From a virus (Duplodnaviria; Caudoviricetes): a DNA stretch of 61,555 nucleotides. Location of the stretch: positions 1 through 61,555 of the IMG/VR virus record IMGVR_UViG_3300032246_000804. One strand, given 5' to 3'. Each line of letters starts with the position of its first letter. The stretch's first letter is position 1. Shown in pieces: positions 39,019 to 45,092 of this stretch. A program made the translations under genes and the position numbers. A model generated the notes under the pieces. That model saw only the letters and a list, made by a program, of their open reading frames with translations. It did no database searches and had not been told where the DNA came from.

Positions 39019-39207
39019 TCTCGTTACTACTTTCGTTAAAGTAGCGTTTGATTAGCGAGAGAGATCCGGTGGCAGAAAACCGTTAGCGAGTGTAACCCAC
39101 TCAGACTCTGATAGGCAGTTATCTTTCTGCACACAGGTACCAGATAAAAAAGATGGACAGAGTAACCGCTCAATTAAGGGCTGGCGTGGAAAACCAGTAG
39201 CTTATCC
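39019..39207 (+). ncRNA. About 190-nt multi-hairpin RNA with a possible pseudoknot, family unidentified
   Basis: TCTCGTTA/TAGCGAGA, CTACTTT/AAAGTAG, CGGT/ACCG, GAGTG/CACTC, TTATCT/AGATAA, CTGG/CCAG; loop GCAGAAA complementary to loop TTTCTGC. Confidence 0.6.
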
Positions 39208-39213
39208 TAATTT

Positions 39214-39289
39214 GGTCTTAAAGTGTTCATGGACGCACGACGGCTTGTCACGCCGTAAGAGTGGGGATCGTTACCCCCTAAGACCGCCA
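39214..39289 (+). tRNA. tRNA-Asp(GTC)
   Basis: Loop TTGTCAC; G73; CCA; atypical T-loop ATCGTTA. Confidence 0.9.
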
Positions 39290-39295
39290 ATTTAT

Positions 39296-39330
39296 GGAGA
39301 AGCGGATGCTACGGCATCTGTTATCCACCA
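39296..39330 (+). ncRNA. CCA-ended minihelix-like RNA
   Basis: GGAGAAGCGGATGC-TACG-GCATCTGTTATCC-ACCA, followed by the AGTTTT spacer typical of this array. Confidence 0.5.
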
Positions 39331-39336
39331 AGTTTT

Positions 39337-39411
39337 GCTGATGTAGCTCAGAGGAAGAGCATTCGCTTGATAAGCGAAAGGCCGACATTTCGAAATTGTC
39401 CATCAGTACCA
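39337..39411 (+). tRNA. tRNA-Ile(GAT)
   Basis: Loop TTGATAA; CCA. Confidence 0.9.
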
Positions 39412-39418
39412 AGTTTTA

Positions 39419-39502
39419 GGAGTGGATGCTCTAATGGTAGGGCAGCAGGCTGTAACCCTGTGGCCGCAAGGCAAGTAGGTTCGATCCCTACCCACTCCAC
39501 CA
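39419..39502 (+). tRNA. tRNA-Tyr(GTA)
   Basis: Loop CTGTAAC; variable arm GCC-GCAA-GGC; CCA. Confidence 0.92.
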
Positions 39503-39509
39503 AGTTTTA

Positions 39510-39583
39510 GCCCTATTAGTATAATGGTATTACACCTGTTTTGTAATCAGGTTACGGCAGTTCGATTCTGTCATGGGGCACCA
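39510..39583 (+). tRNA. tRNA-Thr(TGT)
   Basis: Loop TTTGTAA; CCA. Confidence 0.9.
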
Positions 39584-39592
39584 AGTTTTTAT

Positions 39593-39659
39593 GCGGTAAG
39601 GTATTAACTGTCTGAGGGTCCACCTTAGAAGTGTTGTGAAAATCAATATTACCGCTCCA
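39593..39659 (+). ncRNA. D-armless tRNA-Gly(TCC)-like RNA
   Basis: Acceptor GCGGTAA/TTACCGC-T-CCA; arm CTGAG-GGTCCAC-CTTAG; T-like arm with loop TGAAAAT; no D-arm. Confidence 0.55.
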
Positions 39660-39666
39660 GTTTTAT

Positions 39667-39744
39667 CCGTGTGTAGCGCAGTCTGGTTAGCGCATCTGCT
39701 TTGGGAGCAGAGGGTCGGGAGTTCGAATCTCTCCACACGGACCA
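39667..39744 (+). tRNA. tRNA-Pro(TGG)
   Basis: Loop TTTGGGA; CCA. Confidence 0.95.
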
Positions 39745-39759
39745 AGTTTTTTTGAATAT

Positions 39760-39835
39760 TCCGGTGAAGCAAACTAGGTGTGGGCAGAGGACTGTTAATC
39801 CTTGAAGCCAGGTTCGAATCCTGGGACCGGAGCCA
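39760..39835 (+). tRNA. tRNA-Asn(GTT)
   Basis: Loop CTGTTAA; G73; CCA; atypical D-arm. Confidence 0.85.
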
Positions 39836-39840
39836 ATTAT

Positions 39841-39915
39841 GGGCTGTTAGTGATAGTGGTAGCACAGGGGCTTTGCAAGCCTTAGGCGGGAGTTCGATTC
39901 TCCCACGGTCCACCA
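39841..39915 (+). tRNA. tRNA-Ala(TGC)
   Basis: Loop TTTGCAA; G3:U70; CCA. Confidence 0.93.
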
Positions 39916-39922
39916 TTTTTTA

Positions 39923-39997
39923 GGTGATATGACGTAGATGGATGCGTAGCGGTTTCATAAGCCGATGAGGAAGGCTCGGTACCTTCTATCACCACCA
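39923..39997 (+). tRNA. tRNA-Met(CAT), probably elongator
   Basis: Loop TTCATAA; paired 1:72; CCA. Confidence 0.82.
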
Positions 39998-39999
39998 GT

Positions 40000-40159
40000 T
40001 TTGTAGTAGGAGCAGTGCCTAGTGGGAAGGGCAATCAGAGGCCTTTAAAAACAAAGTAGTAAAAGTCTTTATATCAAAAAGATGAGTATCGAAAAGCCTT
40101 TATGATACACGGAGTAGCGGGAGGGGGTGATGCCCTGATGTGTCTACACCGGCTACAAA
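40000..40159 (+). ncRNA. About 160-nt stem-closed RNA, family unidentified
   Basis: TTTGTAGT/GCTACAAA ends; AGGGCAATCA/TGATGCCCT inner helix; GTATC/GATAC hairpin. Confidence 0.45.
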
Positions 40160-40166
40160 TTTATTT

Positions 40167-40244
40167 GCGCCTTTAGTTCAACTGGATAGAACACCGGGCT
40201 ACGAACCCGTGAGGTTGGGAGTTCAAATCTCTCAGGGCGCACCA
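40167..40244 (+). tRNA. tRNA-Arg(ACG)
   Basis: Loop CTACGAA; CCA. Confidence 0.92.
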
Positions 40245-40260
40245 TTTTTAGGAGTTAAAT

Positions 40261-40434
40261 ATGAATGAAGCAGGTAAAGGATCTTCACCTAGACCAAAAA
40301 ATGTTTCTGATGAAGAATATGCAAATCGTTGGGATGCAATCTTTCAAAGAGACAAACGTGTAGAAGAAGACCAACAAAATGAAGATGAAGAATTTGATCG
40401 TATTAGTTTAAATTCAAAAAAATTAAGTCAGTAA
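40261..40434 (+). CDS. Small hypothetical protein (57 aa; not in the ORF track)
   Basis: AGGAG SD; MNEAGKGSSPRPKNVSDEEYANRWDAIF... Confidence 0.7.
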   Translation: MNEAGKGSSPRPKNVSDEEYANRWDAIFQRDKRVEEDQQNEDEEFDRISLNSKKLSQ

Positions 40435-40435
40435 T

Positions 40436-40509
40436 GTCTCTCTGGTGTAATGGCAGCACTACGGTCTCCAAAATCGTAAGTGAGGGTTCGAGTCCTTCGG
40501 GGGATGCCA
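40436..40509 (+). tRNA. tRNA-Trp(CCA)
   Basis: Loop CTCCAAA; G73; CCA; G-U-rich acceptor stem. Confidence 0.88.
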
Positions 40510-40525
40510 ATAAAAGAAAGTTAAT

Positions 40526-41017
40526 ATGAAAAAATTTAATTTGGATGAAGTAAAATCATTTATTACGAAACAAGGACCTGATACTAAAGTTTATCTTGGT
40601 GCAGACTCCGAACGTATGCGTATTGATGGTGTATGGTATGCAGATTACGCTTTAGCAGTTGTTGTTCATATTGATGGCCGTCATGGTTGTAAGATTTTTG
40701 GTTTTGTTGACCGTGAATTGGATTATGACCACAAGAAAAGCAAACCTGCAATGCGTCTGATGACAGAAGTTTATAAAGTTTCTGCTTTGTTCCAAGAAAT
40801 GCAAGATGTATTAGAAGACCGTCATGTTGAAGTTCATTTGGACCTAAACAAATCTGACGAACACGGTTCTTCTTGTGTCGTTCAACAAGCAATTGGTTAT
40901 ATCAAAGGTACATGTAACATGACACCAATGGTTAAACCAGATGCTCCTGCTGCTTCTTTCTGTGCAGACCGTTTAAAACGGATTCTAGCAGAACAAGAAT
41001 TAGCAGAAGCTCAGTAA
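40526..41017 (+). CDS. RNase H-like YkuK (DUF458) family protein
   Basis: VYLGADS, AVVVH, RLMTEV, EVHLDLN, KPDAPAASFCADR. Confidence 0.8.
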   Translation: MKKFNLDEVKSFITKQGPDTKVYLGADSERMRIDGVWYADYALAVVVHIDGRHGCKIFGFVDRELDYDHKKSKPAMRLMTEVYKVSALFQEMQDVLEDRHVEVHLDLNKSDEHGSSCVVQQAIGYIKGTCNMTPMVKPDAPAASFCADRLKRILAEQELAEAQ

Positions 41018-41023
41018 GTATAA

Positions 41024-41097
41024 GCGGGTATGATGTAAAGGTAGCCTGTGACCTTGCCAAGGTTAGTGTGAGAGTTCGATTCTCTCTACCCGCTCCA
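41024..41097 (+). tRNA. tRNA-Gly(GCC)
   Basis: Loop TTGCCAA; U73; CCA. Confidence 0.9.
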
Positions 41098-41105
41098 GTT
41101 TTTAT

Positions 41106-41180
41106 GTGGTTGTTAGTTTAGTGGCAAAACCGCGGGTTGTGATTCCGCTATCACGGGTTCGATTCCCGTACATCCACCCA
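41106..41180 (+). tRNA. tRNA-His(GTG)
   Basis: Loop TTGTGAT; G-1:C73; CCA. Confidence 0.9.
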
Positions 41181-41182
41181 AT

Positions 41183-41257
41183 GCCTTGTTAGCTCAGCGG
41201 TAGAGCGCCCTCCTTACAAGTGGGATGTCGGCGGTTCGATCCCGTCACAAGGTACCA
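41183..41257 (+). tRNA. tRNA-Val(TAC)
   Basis: Loop CTTACAA; CCA. Confidence 0.93.
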
Positions 41258-41306
41258 ATAATCGCCTTTGTTGACGGCGTACAATGAGATAAATTGTCAA
41301 CAACTT

Positions 41307-41380
41307 GCTCTTATAGTATAATGGCATTACACGTCCTTGGTAAGGATGAAACACAAGTTCAATTCTTGTTAAGAGCACCA
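41307..41380 (+). tRNA. tRNA-Thr(GGT)
   Basis: Loop TTGGTAA; CCA. Confidence 0.9.
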
Positions 41381-41385
41381 ATTTA

Positions 41386-41461
41386 GCAACTTTAGCTGAT
41401 GTGGTCATAGCGGCGGTCTGAAGAACCGTTGAAAGAGGTTCGATTCCTCTAGGTTGCACCA
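41386..41461 (+). tRNA. tRNA-Phe(GAA)
   Basis: Loop CTGAAGA; CCA. Confidence 0.9.
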
Positions 41462-41462
41462 A

Positions 41463-41537
41463 GTCTTTGTAGTTCAACGGATAGAACGCATTCCTCCTAA
41501 GAATGAGATACAGGCTCGATTCCTGTCGGAGACACCA
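41463..41537 (+). tRNA. tRNA-Arg(CCT)
   Basis: Loop CTCCTAA; CCA. Confidence 0.9.
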
Positions 41538-41559
41538 ATGGTATTAATATAAAATATAC

Positions 41560-41588
41560 TTGACAAATTACACTTAACTTGATATAAT
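41560..41588 (+). promoter_or_regulatory. Consensus sigma70 promoter for the last three tRNAs
   Basis: TTGACA-N17-TATAAT with TG extension. Confidence 0.88.
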
Positions 41589-41597
41589 GTACGAAAT

Positions 41598-41684
41598 GCG
41601 ACTGTGGCGTAATTGGTAGCCGCAACAGACTTAAAATCTGTCGCTCGAGAGGGCGTACCGGTTCGAGTCCGGTCAGTCGCACCA
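41598..41684 (+). tRNA. tRNA-Leu(TAA)
   Basis: Loop CTTAAAA; long variable arm; CCA. Confidence 0.95.
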
Positions 41685-41702
41685 AAGTCACATATATAAT
41701 AT

Positions 41703-41779
41703 AGCAGAGTATGGAAGAGGTCTATCCGCTTGGTCTCATAAGCCAAGAATCGCAGGTTCAAATCCTGCCTCTGCAACCA
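41703..41779 (+). tRNA. tRNA-Met(CAT), initiator-like
   Basis: A1:A72 mismatch; loop CTCATAA; TTCAAAT T-loop; CCA. Confidence 0.85.
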
Positions 41780-41783
41780 ACAT

Positions 41784-41857
41784 GCGGGATTAGTTTAATG
41801 GTAAAATTAGAGATTTCCAATCTCCAGTCATCAGTTCGATTCTGATATCCCGCTCCA
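41784..41857 (+). tRNA. tRNA-Gly(TCC)
   Basis: Loop TTTCCAA; U73; CCA. Confidence 0.92.
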
Positions 41858-41885
41858 TTAAAGTGTTTAACCATATAAATAATGG

Positions 41886-42005
41886 ATGCACTTTAACATA
41901 ATCATCACGTTTAACGATTTATTATTCCTACTTGGGTGTGTACCCTTAGTAATGATATTTTGGGTATTGTTCAAAGATTGGTCAAACGATAGAAACCGAC
42001 ATTAA
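41886..42005 (+). CDS. Possible small membrane peptide (39 aa) MHFNIIITFNDLLFLLGCVPLVMIFWVLFKDWSNDRNRH
   Basis: TATAAATA at 41874-41881 just upstream; one hydrophobic helix; stop overlaps the stop of the convergent gene; no SD. Confidence 0.4.
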   Translation: MHFNIIITFNDLLFLLGCVPLVMIFWVLFKDWSNDRNRH

Positions 42006-42619
42006 GCTCCATTTTTTGCAGCCGCATCTAATTGTTTCTTTTGTTCTTGTTCTCTAGCCCATTGTTGTTCTCTAATGATTTTTGCACGCTTTATCTGTGC
42101 AGCTTCAAACGCTTTTTGTTCTTCAGCCATGCTGTAAAACTGGACGCCTAACATAACAAATGCAGAAATAACAAGTCCAAATGCTATAGTGTACAAGCTT
42201 ATCATCATATACTTAGCCATCTTTTCTTTATGTGCTTGTTTGGCTTTTGCAACCGCTTCTTCACCTTCACGTTTTTCTTTCATTAATCTGGTACGTTCTT
42301 TAATCATGTCTTCCCAGATTTGTGGCTTACCTAATTGCCAATAAATCATATCTTTCAATGCTCTTTCATCTTCACGTAATTTATTGCTATGCATAGCAAA
42401 CTCAAGTGCTTGGCGACTAAGTTGAGCATCTGTTTTTCCAATGGAATTATGTTTAGCTTTAATGCTAGCTACGTGGACCGCATCAGCTGATTCAAAGAAG
42501 TGACCAACTTGGCCAATAATACTATTAATGTCTTTGCCCATGGCTATGGCTTGTTTAATGCCACTAATTGCTGATTGTGCCGCAGAGAAAGCAAGACTTA
42601 TGCTAATTGGATCAATCAT
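42002..42619 (-). CDS. Hypothetical membrane-anchored coiled-coil protein
   Basis: MIDPISISLAF N-terminus; TM segment YMMISLYTIAFGLVISAFVMLGVQFY. Confidence 0.75.
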   Translation of the reverse strand: MIDPISISLAFSAAQSAISGIKQAIAMGKDINSIIGQVGHFFESADAVHVASIKAKHNSIGKTDAQLSRQALEFAMHSNKLREDERALKDMIYWQLGKPQIWEDMIKERTRLMKEKREGEEAVAKAKQAHKEKMAKYMMISLYTIAFGLVISAFVMLGVQFYSMAEEQKAFEAAQIKRAKIIREQQWAREQEQKKQLDAAAKNGA

Positions 42620-42622
42620 ACT

Positions 42623-42844
42623 TTATCCGCCAAGTTTACAAATTTCAGGATATAGTCTATTAGAACAATCTTTCTTAGACCATTCAATACAGTTTACTTT
42701 ATTTTCTTGAGGCGTATTTGACCACTTCCATCTTACACAAATTAATACCTCATCCTTTTTTGGAGGTAAAATATTTTGGTCGGCTTCTATTGAACTAACT
42801 AGAAGTGTTGATGATAATGCGGCAACGAAAATAATTCTAAACAT
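42623..42844 (-). CDS. Small secreted Cys-containing protein
   Basis: Signal-like MFRIIFVAALSSTLLVSS; four Cys (CVRWKW...CIEWSKKDC...C). Confidence 0.6.
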   Translation of the reverse strand: MFRIIFVAALSSTLLVSSIEADQNILPPKKDEVLICVRWKWSNTPQENKVNCIEWSKKDCSNRLYPEICKLGG

Positions 42845-42868
42845 TGTAATAAGTATACCAATAAATTG

Positions 42869-42897
42869 TTGACAACATAACAAAAGAATGATATACT
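42869..42897 (+). promoter_or_regulatory. Sigma70-like promoter of the DNA polymerase operon
   Basis: TTGACA-N17-TATACT with TG extension. Confidence 0.8.
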
Positions 42898-42916
42898 AAC
42901 GCATCAAATCAACCAT

Positions 42917-42924
42917 TATTTATA
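42917..42924 (-). promoter_or_regulatory. Late promoter TATAAATA on the minus strand
   Basis: Plus strand reads TATTTATA; lies upstream of the two minus-strand genes. Confidence 0.6.
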
Positions 42925-42934
42925 AGGAAGTATC

Positions 42935-43243
42935 ATGGTAATTATTGTTTTAAAATTAATCACAGGAGAAGAAGTTCTCGGAGAAGTACAATCTCAAACT
43001 GAAACTGAATGGATTTTAGAAAACCCAGTAGGTATTGCAGTTGTTCGTGGCCAAAACGGTCAGCCTAATGTAGGATTTGCACCTTTCCCAATCCATGCAC
43101 CACAGAAACCAGGAAGTATTGTTGTTTTAGCAAAGAAACATGTTGTATACTCTTATGTTCCTGCCGAGGACTTTATCACTAATTATAATCAAATCTTTGG
43201 TTCAGGCATTGTTCTTCCACCAACAAAACAACTTATCGTTTAA
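42935..43243 (+). CDS. Hypothetical protein (possible Sm-like fold) upstream of gp43
   Basis: LKLITGEEVLGEV...YNQIFGSGIVLP; AAGGA SD. Confidence 0.7.
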   Translation: MVIIVLKLITGEEVLGEVQSQTETEWILENPVGIAVVRGQNGQPNVGFAPFPIHAPQKPGSIVVLAKKHVVYSYVPAEDFITNYNQIFGSGIVLPPTKQLIV

Positions 43244-44529
43244 TGCAATTTTATACTAACGTACAATGTTTCGGTAATAGTATTCTTTACCGAGGTGTGA
43301 TGGATGGCAAAAGAGTCAAACAACGAATTGACTACTCGCCATCACTTTACATCAGAAGCAAAACTGGTCAATACAAAACGCTTGATGGTAAAACACTAGA
43401 CCGCAAGCGTTTTGATGACATTAATGGTGCCCGTGAATACATCAAAGATTTTAAAGATGTGTCCGGCGCACCTAAAATCTATGGAAACAATCGTTATGAG
43501 TATGCCTTTATCGGTGAACAACACAAACAAATGGTTGAATGGGATCAAGATAAAGTCGTTATTGCAGTTGTTGATATTGAAGTTGGTTCAGAGAATGGTT
43601 TCCCTGATCCATATCTCGCTAACGAACCTATTACTGCCATCTGTTTGAAATATATCAATGGTTTGACAGTCGTATTTGGCTGTGGTGATTATGTTGTCCA
43701 AGGTAATGAAGTTTATATTAAATGCAAAGATGAATGGACACTCTGCAAAAGATTCATCAAACAATGGACTAATAATTGTCCTGATGTGTTGACTGGATGG
43801 AACACCAAGTTCTTTGATATTCCATATTTGATTAATCGTTTTCGTAAAATCGTAGGCGAAGAAGAAACTAAACTCTTATCGCCATGGAAATATATTACTG
43901 AACGTAAGACTGTTATTAACGGCCGACCAATGACTGCATATGATATTGTCGGCGTTGCATCACTTGATTATATCGAACTGTATCGTTGGTATGCTCCTGA
44001 TGGTAAATCACAAGAATCATATCGTTTAGATGCAATTGCAACAGCTGAGATTGGTGAGACCAAACTGTCGTATGATGAATTTGATAACTTACATGAATTG
44101 TATCGTTTGAATTATCAAAAGTTTATTGAGTACAACATCAAAGACGTTGAACTGATTATTAAACTGGAAGAAAAACTAAAATTGTTGGAGTTGGGATTGA
44201 CTCTTGCATATGATACTAAGTGTAACTATGAAGATATATTTGCACAGACACGCATGTGGGATGCACTCACATATAATCGGTTGATGCAGGATAATATTGT
44301 TGTTCCTCCAAAAGAAACACAAGAAAAAGATGGTATGTTTGCCGGTGCATATGTTAAAGACCCACAAGTTGGACTACACGAATGGCTTGCATCATTTGAC
44401 TTGAATAGTTTGTATCCTCATTTGATGATGCAATATTCCATAAGTCCTGAAAATCTTGTGGAAAGAAGTTATATTGAAGATAGAAGACAAAAACTGATTG
44501 GGGAGTTAAAGTTGAGAAATACTAAATAA
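43243..44529 (+). CDS. gp43: Family B DNA polymerase gp43, N-terminal part (exonuclease plus motif A)
   Basis: DIEV, GWNTKFFDIPY, YNIKDV, GAYVKDP, SFDLNSLYPH. Confidence 0.95.
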   Translation: MQFYTNVQCFGNSILYRGVMDGKRVKQRIDYSPSLYIRSKTGQYKTLDGKTLDRKRFDDINGAREYIKDFKDVSGAPKIYGNNRYEYAFIGEQHKQMVEWDQDKVVIAVVDIEVGSENGFPDPYLANEPITAICLKYINGLTVVFGCGDYVVQGNEVYIKCKDEWTLCKRFIKQWTNNCPDVLTGWNTKFFDIPYLINRFRKIVGEEETKLLSPWKYITERKTVINGRPMTAYDIVGVASLDYIELYRWYAPDGKSQESYRLDAIATAEIGETKLSYDEFDNLHELYRLNYQKFIEYNIKDVELIIKLEEKLKLLELGLTLAYDTKCNYEDIFAQTRMWDALTYNRLMQDNIVVPPKETQEKDGMFAGAYVKDPQVGLHEWLASFDLNSLYPHLMMQYSISPENLVERSYIEDRRQKLIGELKLRNTK

Positions 44530-44558
44530 GTGGATGTGGTTACTTATTAGGAAAATCA

Positions 44559-45092
44559 ATGAAATACAATATTACCAAAGATAAACTCTATGAATTGTTT
44601 ATTACCGAGAATATGAGAAGAAGCGAGGTTGCCGAATATTTTGGTTGTTCGGATGCCAACATTAAAAAATACCTACAAAAATTTGACATTAAGAAGCCTT
44701 TTGAGTTAGAATGTAAAAATAAAGAACGAAGGGCCTTGTTGAAGTGTTTACATTGTAATAATGAATATGAAACACAGAAGTTTCGGACTGAAAGTGTGAA
44801 ATATGATTCAAAATATTGTAGTTATTCTTGTGCTCAAAAAAGTAGGTATTTGGGTGAAGACCACAAACGTAGAATCAGAAATGAAATTGCCGCAAGGCGT
44901 AGAGCAAGAATACGGAATCAAACTCCAAAATTGAGTAAAGAAGAAAAGAGAAAGTTGCAAGAATATTATTTGATTTGTCCTAAAGGACATGAAGTAGACC
45001 ACATTCAAGCAATTGCAAAAGGTGGTTTACATCATCCAGACAACTTACAGATATTGACTGTGAATGAGAATAGAAAGAAGTGGTGTAAATAA
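44559..45092 (+). mobile_element. HNH homing endonuclease inserted within gp43
   Basis: N-terminal HTH, CLHC...YCSYSC zinc motif, EVDHIQAIAKGGLHHPDNLQILTVNEN. Confidence 0.9.

Noticed and set aside
38169-41776. Track ORFs over the tRNA array (38169-, 38245+, 38251-, 39530-, 41214-, 41474-, 41497-)
   Set aside because: They are translations of tRNA genes or their complements.
36665-41857. Stop-codon reassignment or suppressor tRNAs
   Set aside because: No CTA, TTA or TCA anticodons were found (TAG, TAA and TGA anticodons decode Leu, Leu and Ser), and core genes are intact in the standard code.
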